DNA of 63,998 bases, taken from IMG/VR virus record IMGVR_UViG_3300035182_000918, positions 1 to 63,998 of that record, one strand, 5' to 3'. Of this stretch, positions 48,162 through 58,513 are shown piece by piece. Below the pieces are notes generated by a model. It was not told the DNA's origin. It saw only the letters and a program-made list of their open reading frames with translations, and did no database searches. Every line of letters starts with the position of its first letter. The stretch's first letter is position 1. Origin of the DNA: a virus (taxonomy: Duplodnaviria > Caudoviricetes). The position numbers and the translations under genes were made by a program.

Positions 48162-48619
48162 TTTGCCTCCTTCTTGTATTTCTTAAAACCATATTTCCAA
48201 GCATAGTGCCAAATTGTTTCTTTAATACAACCACATTCTTTGGCTATATCATTGGCACTCCTGTTCTTAATTAAATATTCCTGTCTTAACCACACGGGGT
48301 CTTTAAAGTTTTCGTTTTTAAACACATTGTATTGTGTTAATACTCTGCAACTTCCTTCCTGTGGTGAATTTCCGCTTATAAGTATTTTCGCTATAAGCTT
48401 CGGTAGATTAATATGATACAATGCAAAATGCCAATGGTTAAAGTCTCTGATGACAGTCTTTGGATATTTTTCCACTATCTCAAACAACACCATTCGGATA
48501 CTTGAAATATCCGCTTTGACCAACTCTAAAGTATCCTCAACTAAATCCTCTGATGTTATGTAGTTAGGATACTTATCTTCCTCAAGTAAAACTCTTTTTA
48601 AAAGCCCCAGTGCGCCCAT
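48158..48619 (-). CDS. HTH protein (copy 2)
   Basis: Homolog of 6595..7056. Confidence 0.7.
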   Translation of the reverse strand: MGALGLLKRVLLEEDKYPNYITSEDLVEDTLELVKADISSIRMVLFEIVEKYPKTVIRDFNHWHFALYHINLPKLIAKILISGNSPQEGSCRVLTQYNVFKNENFKDPVWLRQEYLIKNRSANDIAKECGCIKETIWHYAWKYGFKKYKKEAK

Positions 48620-48929
48620 TTCACACCTCCATAAAATACAATATACACATTTTTTTCAAAAAGTCAAGAAAAAAATTCACAAAAAATACAACCCTAAAAA
48701 ATCACCATAAGATACCACCCTAAAAATTGCCTACAAGGCTATTTATTTTAGCGTGGTGAGTGTTTAGAGCCCTCTATAGTATAATTGCCCTGTGAGATAA
48801 AAACACCCCCAAATTAGCCCTTTATTTAGATTTGTTTTAGTTTTGTCTAAAAAATGTTAGGTTAGTCTAACTTTTTTAGTTTTATCTAACGGTATATAAA
48901 AAAATATATAACGCACTGCTTCTCTTTTT

Positions 48930-49150
48930 CAAGCGGTGCTTTAGGCACCGCAAGATTTTAACAAAAGAAAAAAACACATACCAGCCCAGCTGATAGGCTG
49001 GGGAAGCCTGCAAGCTTTTAGCTTGCAGATACTGGAACGGATTTTGCTACGCGCGCACGCGCGCGATTATTATATATTATATTTTATACCTCTCTCTTTA
49101 GAGAGAGATATATTTCTTTCTTTTCTTTTGTTACTTTTCTTTTCTTTCTT
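48930..49150 (-). other. Hairpin-array element L (copy 2)
   Basis: Homolog of 7365-7622; lacks one arm of the TCCGTTCC/GGAACGGA hairpin. Confidence 0.75.
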
Positions 49151-49325
49151 AAAACTTCGGATAACTTTAGTTAGGAAGTTATTAACTTATTACTTATGAT
49201 TGTGTAAAGTAAAGTCGTTTTTGTTTTACGCAAAATTATTTGTGTGCTATTTGGTATACACAAAATTATTTGTGTGCGGTATTTTGAAGAATATCGTAAA
49301 CAAAAAAAAGAGGGCTTACGCCCCC

Positions 49326-49541
49326 TTATAGCATCTCATCGTTCTTATGGTTCTTGTAGTATTCTATGATTGCAATCCTAAAGAGTTCCGATGCTTTGTA
49401 ACCTTGTTTTTCAGCAAATCTAACCCACTTCTCATATGCTTCCTCTGTGGTCTGGAAGCATACAATTTTTTTTGGTGTTTTCTTTGGTCTACCTACGCCC
49501 TTTCTTTCATACTTGTCTTTGATTACTTCAACCATATCCAT
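49326..49541 (-). CDS. Ribbon-helix-helix protein (copy 2)
   Basis: Homolog of 7844..8059. Confidence 0.65.
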   Translation of the reverse strand: MDMVEVIKDKYERKGVGRPKKTPKKIVCFQTTEEAYEKWVRFAEKQGYKASELFRIAIIEYYKNHKNDEML

Positions 49542-49542
49542 T

Positions 49543-49764
49543 TTATACCTCCCTTAATCTTAAAATATCTTCTAACTCTTTAATTACAGAAGCCATTTCT
49601 TTGATTTTTTGACGACAGTCATATAAGTCTGCATCAATAGTTTTACCACCATATAGATGCAAAAAATTATCAGCATAAATAGATGCATCTTCTACTTTAT
49701 ATTCTATTTCTTCTCTTTGTTCTTTGAGTATTTTGATAATTGTTAACAATTTTTCTTTGTTCAT
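49543..49764 (-). CDS. Hypothetical protein (copy 2)
   Basis: Homolog of 8061..8282. Confidence 0.7.
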   Translation of the reverse strand: MNKEKLLTIIKILKEQREEIEYKVEDASIYADNFLHLYGGKTIDADLYDCRQKIKEMASVIKELEDILRLREV

Positions 49765-49774
49765 ATTACACCTT

Positions 49775-50128
49775 CTAATATTTTAGATTTAACTCTAATT
49801 CTCTTAACATAATATCGTTTGTTTTTAAGGTATCTTGCATAATACTAAACAATTCCTCAAGTCTATCAAAGCTGTATTCAGTCATTTCATCCACAGTTCC
49901 TATCTTAAGAGTGTTTAAAATCCGATTGCAAGTCTGAAGTTTTTCAATGTTTTCTTCTATATCCCTCTTTAAACTGTTTAAAATCACCTCTGCCTCTTTG
50001 TAGCTTTGTTGTTTTTGTTTTCTTTGTATTTCTTCCCACATTCTTTTACCTGTTTCCGTTTCTGTCATCGTTTCAATCATTTTGTCAATTTGATTTTGTA
50101 GTTTTGCTACACTTACAACCTCATTCAT
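49775..50128 (-). CDS. Coiled-coil protein (copy 2)
   Basis: Homolog of 8293..8646. Confidence 0.7.
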   Translation of the reverse strand: MNEVVSVAKLQNQIDKMIETMTETETGKRMWEEIQRKQKQQSYKEAEVILNSLKRDIEENIEKLQTCNRILNTLKIGTVDEMTEYSFDRLEELFSIMQDTLKTNDIMLRELELNLKY

Positions 50129-50311
50129 AAAAAACCTCCTTTTTTTAAAAATTACCTAAAATTAAGATAAAATTATCTAAACAATATTTCTATGGTTGTT
50201 ATCCATAGTAAGGTTGTTATTAAAGTAAAAATAACCCAAGCCCATACTCCGTTTTTACTTGCGTAATCACTTTGTTCTTTGTTTGTCTTTGTAATTTTGT
50301 AATTCTTATAA

Positions 50312-50593
50312 TCAATCATCTTTTAACCTCACAATGATTGCTTTTTTTAAATCTTTTATAATTTCTGTATTTAGTTGTGTGATTATACCACTCTTGTATA
50401 ATCTATAAAGCATTTCTAAAGTCCCTACTACATCTGACACCACCCATCTTGCCCATTTTCTATCACAAATTCTATTGTGTATTTCAGACAATATATCAAA
50501 AAAATCATCTCCCAGTGGTAATGGAAACACTTCCAATTTTTTTACATAAGCATCTACCAACTCTGTGTTTGTCATTTTTTTGTAGTCCATCAC
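50312..50593 (-). CDS. Early hypothetical protein; copy 2 only
   Basis: GGAGGTG RBS; bounded by ACCTC repeats. Confidence 0.7.
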   Translation of the reverse strand: MMDYKKMTNTELVDAYVKKLEVFPLPLGDDFFDILSEIHNRICDRKWARWVVSDVVGTLEMLYRLYKSGIITQLNTEIIKDLKKAIIVRLKDD

Positions 50594-50676
50594 TCACCTC
50601 CTATTGCTATTATTAATAGCATTAAGAAAAAAATTAGCAAAATAATTGACCCTAAAAAATCCCACATACTACCTCC

Positions 50677-50877
50677 TTAATCCAGTGGTGCGATATCGAC
50701 CACAACATACCAGCCGTGGTTTTTATCGTCTTTGTTTTTTGGTGTAATCTTCCAACTATCACGCCCGTCCTGCATATAGATATTTGCCATATATGGAGCA
50801 GCTTTATACTGCTCCTTATACCACGCCTCCGCATTTTTTGCTTTTTCATAACTGTTGTAATAATACCTATACTCCAT
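50677..50877 (-). CDS. Early hypothetical protein (copy 2)
   Basis: Homolog of 8925..9125. Confidence 0.7.
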   Translation of the reverse strand: MEYRYYYNSYEKAKNAEAWYKEQYKAAPYMANIYMQDGRDSWKITPKNKDDKNHGWYVVVDIAPLD

Positions 50878-51130
50878 ATAACGCCTCCTTTAGTAATTCT
50901 TGTTTTTGTTCCTCTGTTAATATAACGGCTATTTGAATAGGTGCTTGCGGATATTTTAAAGTTTTGCCAGTATAAAATAAATCGCCGTCAATTATTAACT
51001 TGTGGTATGTTGTTTTAAAGCCTTTAAGTGTGTCGGGTTGTAACTTTTCAATCACATTTGCCACATCCCACAGTTCCTGATAATACTCTTTCATACTTTT
51101 ATCAAAAGACTTAATACCTAAATCTAACAT
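50867..51130 (-). CDS. Early hypothetical protein (copy 2; start reassigned)
   Basis: Homolog of 9115..9378. Confidence 0.7.
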   Translation of the reverse strand: MLDLGIKSFDKSMKEYYQELWDVANVIEKLQPDTLKGFKTTYHKLIIDGDLFYTGKTLKYPQAPIQIAVILTEEQKQELLKEALYGV

Positions 51131-51351
51131 AAAACACCTCCAAAATTTTTTCTTAATAATATACATACTTTTTAATAAAAGTCAAGTGTTTTGTTTGTGT
51201 TTTTGTATTTGTATTTGTTTTTGTATTTGTTTGCATTTGTTTCATTTTACAGCCCTCGCTTTTTATCATTTAGTTATATATATCAATTTCTAATATATAT
51301 TTGCTTACACAAGCTACGCTTAACTTAATAATATAAAACAAAAAAGCGCGC

Positions 51352-51603
51352 CTATTGCGCGCCTTCATTTATTAAATTGTCAATAAATTGTTTGTAATCT
51401 TTTTCAATACTTTTTACATAATCTAAACTATCATTGTTTATTTTGTAAATGTTATAACCTGCAAAATTATTATTGCCTAACTGTTTACTAAATTCAATAA
51501 CCAAAAAATCTTTATAGATTTTATATTTTCTATCTCCAAACAACCTTTTGTTTATCCTGCTAAAAAAAGCAGGATATTTGCTTTTTAACTCTACTAACTT
51601 CAT
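51352..51603 (-). CDS. Early protein, paralog of 53812..54060; copy 2 only
   Basis: ELK.KY..FF.R.NKRLFGD...FAGYNIYKINNDSLDYVKSIEK shared. Confidence 0.7.
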   Translation of the reverse strand: MKLVELKSKYPAFFSRINKRLFGDRKYKIYKDFLVIEFSKQLGNNNFAGYNIYKINNDSLDYVKSIEKDYKQFIDNLINEGAQ

Positions 51604-51691
51604 AAAATACCTCCATAAAAGAAAAGTAGCTTGTAAAAAAAACAAGCTCTTAATAAAACGGCGCTTGTGCGCGCCGCTTAATAAAAGCTTG

Positions 51692-52786
51692 CTATCTTAA
51701 GATAGGAGTCATTACTAAAATGTAATTATCGGCTCTAAACTCTAAAGGGTGCTGATTATCTTTAAAATACATTATAATATTATCAATATTTACAGGCAGT
51801 GTTTTAAGATAATCTAATAAATATTTACCATTAATTTTAACTTGCAGGTTTGTTTTGTTTTCATAGTCAAGAATTGACTCGCTTTCTTTTGTTTTTAATG
51901 TTAGCTTGTCATTTAAGATAAAATCAACTGGTGTTAAATCCTCTTTATAACCATTTAATAAAGTTTGTAAAGTATTAATCATATTGTCTTTATTAAACTT
52001 TATAGAGTTTATGCCTTCGTGATTTACTTCTAATAAAACCATTTCATATCGCGGAAAGGTGCCTTCTATTAATTTTGTTATTAATTTTACTTTGTCATTA
52101 TTAAATGCAAAACTAACATACTCATTATTGCTATTAATGTAAATATCGCCGTTGTATTTACCTATAATTTTAGTTAGTGCATTAATAGCTTTTTCATTAA
52201 TAATGCCATAAAAATCTTTTAAATAGTTTTGCTCATTACCTTTAAATATAGACCAGTATAGCTGGCTTCTATTAGTAGCCACACTATTAAATACATTATC
52301 TTTGATATCAAATAAAACGCTTTTAAATACTTCATAATTCTCATATTTATCTTTGTATACCGCGTTCTTTACTTTTAACAACTGCAATAAATCATTAGCA
52401 TTTATTACAGCTATTAAATCCATATTGTCATTTGTAAACAGCGGGAAGCCATTTGCATCTTTGAATACCTGTTTATTACTTTTAATATTGTTTGAAGTAA
52501 TTACTGCCGTTTGATTATCAATATCAATATTATATTGACAATCGCTTTTAAAATCAAAGAAGTCGTTTACTGCTAAAAACTCGTTCTCGTTTGTGTTATT
52601 ACTTGCATTGTCAATCTTAACAAGCCTTGTTAAATAATAATCATTGTTAAAAGCATAGACTCTTAAGTAATTAGCTCCGACTTTACAATAAAAATAATTA
52701 TTTATTGAATATCCGTTTTTAGATAATCCGACCTTTACCGCCTGCAAGTCTTTTAACGCTTGCTTTGAAAGTGTAAAACTTAACAT
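51692..52786 (-). CDS. Beta-clamp-like protein (copy 2, diverged allele)
   Basis: Same N-terminus as copy 1; EGTFPRY, INGKYLLDYLK, LVMTPILR. Confidence 0.8.
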   Translation of the reverse strand: MLSFTLSKQALKDLQAVKVGLSKNGYSINNYFYCKVGANYLRVYAFNNDYYLTRLVKIDNASNNTNENEFLAVNDFFDFKSDCQYNIDIDNQTAVITSNNIKSNKQVFKDANGFPLFTNDNMDLIAVINANDLLQLLKVKNAVYKDKYENYEVFKSVLFDIKDNVFNSVATNRSQLYWSIFKGNEQNYLKDFYGIINEKAINALTKIIGKYNGDIYINSNNEYVSFAFNNDKVKLITKLIEGTFPRYEMVLLEVNHEGINSIKFNKDNMINTLQTLLNGYKEDLTPVDFILNDKLTLKTKESESILDYENKTNLQVKINGKYLLDYLKTLPVNIDNIIMYFKDNQHPLEFRADNYILVMTPILR

Positions 52787-53044
52787 ACAAAACCTCCTAA
52801 AAAAGTTTTTTCTTATTAATAATATACACATTTTTTATAATTTGTCAAGTGTTTTTTTGTTTTTGTTTTTGTTTGTTTTTGTTTTAATTTTTGTTTTTTC
52901 ATTTTTGCAATCCTCATTTTTTAAATTAGTTATAAAGCAATTACTTGCTTGTATAACTTGGTGATGTATATTATTTACCAATATACATTACTAAATTATA
53001 TAAATAAAACAAAACAAAAAAGCGCGCTTTATCGCGCGCTCTTA

Positions 53045-53323
53045 TTAATTATCAATTTCTTTTATATCCTGCATAAACTTGCTAATTAAAGTATATAAGA
53101 GAGAGCAATTCATAATACCACAATTTAAATAAAGATTATCTCTTAATAAGCTATTCCATATTTCTCTAAAAGCTTCAGCACAATCATCAAATTTCTTGCA
53201 GTGTTTTTTATTCCTGCATTTGATAATGTCTAAAATTTCTTTAAATACAGTGTCTAAATAATACAAATCTTTTTCAAAAAATTCCTGCAATTCCTGCACC
53301 GTTTGAAAAAACTTTAATTGCAT
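53045..53323 (-). CDS. Early protein of the MELKQF/MQLKFF family; copy 2 only
   Basis: GAGAGGTG RBS; occupies the slot of 11461..11820. Confidence 0.65.
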   Translation of the reverse strand: MQLKFFQTVQELQEFFEKDLYYLDTVFKEILDIIKCRNKKHCKKFDDCAEAFREIWNSLLRDNLYLNCGIMNCSLLYTLISKFMQDIKEIDN

Positions 53324-53354
53324 AAAACACCTCTCATAAAATAAATTTTAAAGT

Positions 53355-53558
53355 TTAAATTGTTAATAAAATTACCATAAATGGCAATTCTTTAAATTCT
53401 ATTATTTTACCATTATCCAAAATCACATTAAAACACCTCTTGTTAAAATCAAATTTAATTTTATTAATCTTTACACCGTTTAAGTAATTTTGATTTGACC
53501 TTATAACGACCTCAAACATATTACCGTTTACATCTTTTAAAATGTTTTGATAATCCAT
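53355..53558 (-). CDS. KDVNG-family early protein (copy 2)
   Basis: Homolog of 11855..12058. Confidence 0.7.
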   Translation of the reverse strand: MDYQNILKDVNGNMFEVVIRSNQNYLNGVKINKIKFDFNKRCFNVILDNGKIIEFKELPFMVILLTI

Positions 53559-53811
53559 AAAACACCTCTTTTAAATAAATTTACAAGCTTTTTGCTTGCT
53601 AATAATAATATACACATTTTTTTATAAAAGTCAAGTATTTTTGTTTGTATTTGTGGTTGGTTGTTTTTGTTTTTGTTTGTATTTGTCATTTCTAAAAAAC
53701 TCCACTTTTAATAAATTGGTTATAAAGTAATTACTTACTTATATAACTTGATAATATATATTAGTAAATAATATATATTACTAAATTATATAAATAAAAA
53801 AGGCGTGTTTA

Positions 53812-54060
53812 TCACACGCCCTCTTTTATCAAATTGTCAATAAATTCTTGATAATTTTTTTCAATGCTTTTTACATAATCTAAACTATCATTGTTAATTT
53901 TATAAATATTATAACCTGCAAACTTGTATTTACCAATTTGCTTTTCAAATTTTATTACTAAATAACCTTTATAAACTTTATAACCTTTATCACCAAACAA
54001 TCGCTTATTTGCTCTATCAAAAAAATCTTTATACTTGTTTTTTAATTCTTTTACTGTCAT
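53812..54060 (-). CDS. Early protein, paralog of 51352..51603
   Basis: High similarity to 51352..51603. Confidence 0.7.
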   Translation of the reverse strand: MTVKELKNKYKDFFDRANKRLFGDKGYKVYKGYLVIKFEKQIGKYKFAGYNIYKINNDSLDYVKSIEKNYQEFIDNLIKEGV

Positions 54061-54302
54061 ATTGCACCACCTAACTTTAATTTTTTTTGTCGCTCTAATT
54101 TACAATAAATTAAAACTAATTTTTTAGCTTTTTCTAAAAATTTCTTGTCTATTCTTTTTGATTTTACAAAATAATAATTGTCTTTTTTTTCAATATAAGA
54201 TTCAAAACCAATATTGTTTAACTTGATAGCAAATAAATTTGCTATCTTTTCACACTCAAATAGTTGATTAATAGCAATTTTTTTTCTATATAATTCAATC
54301 AT
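54057..54302 (-). CDS. Early basic hypothetical protein; copy 2 only
   Basis: GGTGGTG RBS. Confidence 0.6.
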   Translation of the reverse strand: MIELYRKKIAINQLFECEKIANLFAIKLNNIGFESYIEKKDNYYFVKSKRIDKKFLEKAKKLVLIYCKLERQKKLKLGGAI

Positions 54303-54312
54303 AAAGCACCAC

Positions 54313-54513
54313 CTAATTATAATTGTTTTTTAATATAAGCAATCCATATTGACACTTGCCAAACTTTTCTAATCTATCGATATAGTGTCGATAGACATTG
54401 TGCTTAATTAATAAAATTTGACCATTGTTAGTTAGCAAGAATAATTCTTGCTTATTATCGCAAGTAAACACAGTAAACCTAACTTTGTCTTTGCAAATAA
54501 TTCTAATTAACAT
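54313..54513 (-). CDS. Early hypothetical protein; copy 2 only (start reassigned)
   Basis: AAGGAG RBS before MLIRII. Confidence 0.6.
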   Translation of the reverse strand: MLIRIICKDKVRFTVFTCDNKQELFLLTNNGQILLIKHNVYRHYIDRLEKFGKCQYGLLILKNNYN

Positions 54514-54526
54514 AAAATACTCCTTT

Positions 54527-54706
54527 TTAAAAGTTTTCAAAATATAATGTTTTACCATTTGCTAAAATAACAATAAAAGTATTATTGTTTTTTATTACCT
54601 TTTCAATTCTAATACCATCAATAAAATAAACATACTTTTTACCACTCATATCAATTGTTACATCGTAAATCACACCATCAATATCAATTACTTGTAGAAT
54701 ATTCAT
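54527..54706 (-). CDS. 59-aa KDVNG-family paralog (below ORF-track cutoff)
   Basis: MNILQVIDIDG...FIDGIRIEKV...VILANGKTLYFENF; GAGGTG RBS. Confidence 0.7.
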   Translation of the reverse strand: MNILQVIDIDGVIYDVTIDMSGKKYVYFIDGIRIEKVIKNNNTFIVILANGKTLYFENF

Positions 54707-54717
54707 AAAACACCTCT

Positions 54718-54912
54718 TTAAATAATATTAAAAAATCTATCAATAACACCAAAATCAACCTTTAAATAAAGCCCTGTGCTCATATAGTCGTTATTTCTAT
54801 AATAGTATTCAATGCAATTACCATAATCAATCCCAATTAAATATCTGCTATCTTTTACCTGCAAGAATACCAATTTACCTCTTGCTAACTTTTTTAAAGT
54901 TACATACTTCAT
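54718..54912 (-). CDS. First early gene of copy 2 (start reassigned)
   Basis: GAGAGGTG RBS before MKYVTL; promoter at 54967-54996. Confidence 0.6.
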   Translation of the reverse strand: MKYVTLKKLARGKLVFLQVKDSRYLIGIDYGNCIEYYYRNNDYMSTGLYLKVDFGVIDRFFNII

Positions 54913-55144
54913 AAAACACCTCTCAATAAAAGTTTTTTTAGCAAGCTTTTTCAAGCTTGCTTAATTATAATATACATACTTTTATAAAAAAGTCAAGTTT
55001 TTTATAAATTAAGTATAATTTAGATAAAATTGTTAAAATAGCAAAATCAAGCAATAAAAAAATAAAAGAAAAAATTAGTCATTTTTTTTCTATAAAATTT
55101 GAAAATACCAAAGAAGGATTTTTTTGCTAAAAAAAGATAGTAAA

Positions 55145-55506
55145 TAAGTAACTAACTTGTGCGATAGTATGGGCTGGTAATAAGCTTATAACTTGACCAA
55201 CCTTGTCAAGTTTACTACTTGCCAAGTTATATACTTATAACCAAGCATTGAATAGGTAACTGTTCCACTAACCTATTTAGTTATAAACTTATAACTTGAC
55301 TACTGTGGTCAAGTTTATTGGTTGGTTGGTTATTAGATTATAACTTAACCACTATTGTCAAGTTATAACCCAATAACCAAAGGTTAGCCAAAGCCTAACT
55401 TTGTTAGACTAACCTAATTTTTTTATATAGTAATTATTTAGAAAGTTAGTAACTAACTAAATTATTTGAGAAATTGATTGAATGGTTAGTTAGCAAGTAA
55501 CTAACT
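55145..55506. repeat. Copy-specific short-repeat segment flanked by AAGTAACTAACT direct repeats
   Basis: DR at 55146 and 55495; internal TTATAACTTGAC/GTCAAGTT inverted repeats. Confidence 0.7.
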
Positions 55507-55624
55507 TTTTAATTGGCAAGGCACCAAAACCAGGCACGCGTGAGTCCCTCATTGCTTTCCCCCGCAAAACATACCCTTGAGTTACACTTGCTATCGCTTT
55601 GCTTTTGCTTTTTTGCTTTTGCAA

Positions 55625-55972
55625 AAAAAAGAAAAGAAAAGAAAAAGAAAAACAAGAAAAAAGAAAAGAACCAAAAGAAAAAAGAAATAAAAGAATAAGA
55701 AAAGAAAAGAAACCTATCCCCCTAAAGGGGGATAGATAATAAATATAAATAAATATATCTTATCGCGCGCGCACGCACACGCGCGCGTAGCAAAAACTGT
55801 TCCACGCCTATCGGCGTGGGGTTTTTGCCCGCAAAGCGGGCATTATCACCCGCGCTAACGCGCGGTTATGGGCTCGCCTTTAGGGCGAGCATAGACACCC
55901 AGCCCTAACGGGCTGGATTGATTGTTTCTTTTCTTCCCTTAAAATCCCCTTCTGGCAATGCGAAGCATTGCC
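55625..55972 (+). other. Hairpin-array element R (second occurrence)
   Basis: Homolog of 13020-13381, lacking the 13180-13205 hairpin. Confidence 0.8.
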
Positions 55973-56250
55973 TTTGAAAAACAGGGCGTTATATTTATTT
56001 TTATATAACACTATCTTTTCTGTTGTTATAACAGGACTATTTCGTTATTTCCAAAAATATAATATCAATATTAAAAATTGCCTTTTTTTTATAAAGATAT
56101 TTTTAACAAGATATTATTGTGATAACAACAAATTTAGGTCTCTTGACACCACAACTACTTTCGTGCTATAATATATATAGGGGGAGAAGAGGGCGAGTAA
56201 CACAATCTGCTTTTTAAGAGCGTTAATATAAATTAAACAGGGAGGCGTAA

Positions 56251-56649
56251 ATGTCGGCTATTAAGATTCTTGATCCAAAGGTTGTTAAAACAATTGACAA
56301 CATACTTGAGAGCAACTATAAAGTGTTTGAAGAAGAAAAAGAACGCAAGCAAGAAAGACAAAAAGCAATGCAGCAAACTGAAGAAATAATTTTAAGAAAG
56401 ATGCCTGTAACCAAAAGAATGAAGTATCTGAATATGCAAAAAGACAAGAAACTTCAAGAAGAGTTAAAAGGGCATTGGGCATCAGAGCAAGAAGTTATTC
56501 AGTATAGAGATAAAACCCCTAAAATGCCGATTGATATAAGCCTTGAAGATGTTGTTAATAAAATTCAGCCGCAGAAAATCAAGGTTACTGGCGTAAACTA
56601 CGATAAAAACGGCAACGAAATAATAACTCAAGGTGAGAGAACTCTATGA
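56251..56649 (+). CDS. Hypothetical protein preceding the portal (second occurrence)
   Basis: Homolog of 13661..14059. Confidence 0.75.
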   Translation: MSAIKILDPKVVKTIDNILESNYKVFEEEKERKQERQKAMQQTEEIILRKMPVTKRMKYLNMQKDKKLQEELKGHWASEQEVIQYRDKTPKMPIDISLEDVVNKIQPQKIKVTGVNYDKNGNEIITQGERTL

Positions 56650-58322
56650 ACAAACAAGAGATGCTTGATGCTATAGAAAGACTAAAAAGCAAACTCTCAT
56701 ACAACAAGGAATATCTACGACAGAAATATAGCTACTACTATTTCGGAACGCCTACAAACTATCCAGCCAAAGTAAATAATATTTTCTCAACCGTTAACCA
56801 GCTTGAGAGTTTAATATTCAGTGCAGACCATTTGATACTTGAACCAAGACTTGACGACAGTTTGGACGAAACAGAAAGCAAAGAGTTCGTTGAGAAAATT
56901 GTTAGCAAATTAGCCGATGTTATTAGCGAGGACTTTAGAAACACAAAATCAGACGACGAGTTAAGCAAAATTATTCTTGATGCTTTAATCACTAAAAATG
57001 GCTTTGGTAAAATTATATATAACTCTGAAGGGTTTTGGGAGACACCAAAGGTAATCCGATTAAATCCCTACAATATGGCTGTCGGTTATGATAGCTTTAA
57101 TATACGAGACATATCTCAAATTATTATGCACCGAACTTATATGACAGCAAGAGAGTTTGAAGTTAGGTATCCTGATGCTTACAAGAAGCTTAAGGCAAAG
57201 CAGAGAAAAGAAATGGCAGAGCAGACTTCAGAAGACATCAATCAAGATTTAGCAATTAAGCTTTTACCAGCCACTCCAACACAAACAGGTGGTCAAATTC
57301 CTTATCAGATTAAACCAGACCAGACTGGAGTAGTTAATAGACAACCAGTATTTGATTTGGTTGAAATGATTGAGTTATGGTATTACAACCTTGACGATGA
57401 TAACATTGAACACAAAAACAAATGGGTTGAAAATATTGTTGTTGATGATTTAGTTTTGGAAACAAGATATCATATGACTAATCCATTCTTCTCAATCATA
57501 ACGCTTGATTACGCAACAGATGAATATGGGTATTCTGTTATTAGTTTAATTGAAAGTATTCAAGATGCAATGGAAGATATATACGAAGATGTTCAAAGTG
57601 CACGAAAAAGGTTAATTAACCCACCAGTTTTAATATCAGGATTTGGTATTAACCCTGAAGTAAAAGACGAAATAGAAAGAGCAATTAAAACACCAGGTAG
57701 CGTAGAAACTGTTGATGCACAAGGCGTTAAAATTGACACATATGAGTCTAAAATACAACCGCAAGTTGCAATGGAAGAAAAGCAAACACTTGAACAAGAC
57801 GCACAAAAAGTCTTAAGTATGACAAGCATAATGCAGGGTGTTCCTGCAAAGAATGTAAGGTCAGCAAGCTATGCACAAATCTTAAGTCAGTTTTCATCGG
57901 CACCCATTAAGAAGATTGCTGTTAAAATAGAAAAGCAAGTTGAGGATATGTTTAACACTCTTGCTGAAATCTATATACAAGCCTCAACTATAAAATACAA
58001 GATGTTATTAAAAAACGAAACGCTTACATTCAATTTTTCTAACTTGAGTTTAATTAACTGGGGTAGAATTTGCGTATATGCACATTCAACAAGCCCAATT
58101 ATTGAAGAACAAAATCAGATGTTGTTAATGCAGTTAGCAGATATGGGCATAATACCAAAAGAGATTTTAGTAGAGGTTTTGGATTTACCGTTTAAAGATA
58201 GAATTTTGGCATATCTTAAAAAACAAGAAATGGAACAACAAGCAATGGCAATGTCGCAGCAACATATGGAAGAGGCAAAGAAGCAGGGAGATGTGAAAAA
58301 GGATGCTGAAAAGAAACAGTAG
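56646..58322 (+). CDS. Portal protein (second occurrence)
   Basis: Homolog of 14056..15732. Confidence 0.75.
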   Translation: MNKQEMLDAIERLKSKLSYNKEYLRQKYSYYYFGTPTNYPAKVNNIFSTVNQLESLIFSADHLILEPRLDDSLDETESKEFVEKIVSKLADVISEDFRNTKSDDELSKIILDALITKNGFGKIIYNSEGFWETPKVIRLNPYNMAVGYDSFNIRDISQIIMHRTYMTAREFEVRYPDAYKKLKAKQRKEMAEQTSEDINQDLAIKLLPATPTQTGGQIPYQIKPDQTGVVNRQPVFDLVEMIELWYYNLDDDNIEHKNKWVENIVVDDLVLETRYHMTNPFFSIITLDYATDEYGYSVISLIESIQDAMEDIYEDVQSARKRLINPPVLISGFGINPEVKDEIERAIKTPGSVETVDAQGVKIDTYESKIQPQVAMEEKQTLEQDAQKVLSMTSIMQGVPAKNVRSASYAQILSQFSSAPIKKIAVKIEKQVEDMFNTLAEIYIQASTIKYKMLLKNETLTFNFSNLSLINWGRICVYAHSTSPIIEEQNQMLLMQLADMGIIPKEILVEVLDLPFKDRILAYLKKQEMEQQAMAMSQQHMEEAKKQGDVKKDAEKKQ

Positions 58323-58513
58323 TTCTTTATTTCCTTACAAAGGTGGGCAACTCTCGTGTAAGGAAAAATACAATCAGGAGGTGCCAAATGTTGGTAGCCG
58401 AGAAAAGGGGTCGCAAGGTAAAAAGATAGTCTGTAAAACAGCTATCTTCGGGTGTGCTACTCAAAGGGGCTACTTCGGTAGTCCCCGCTTTAGACTAATT
58501 ATGGAGGTTTTAG

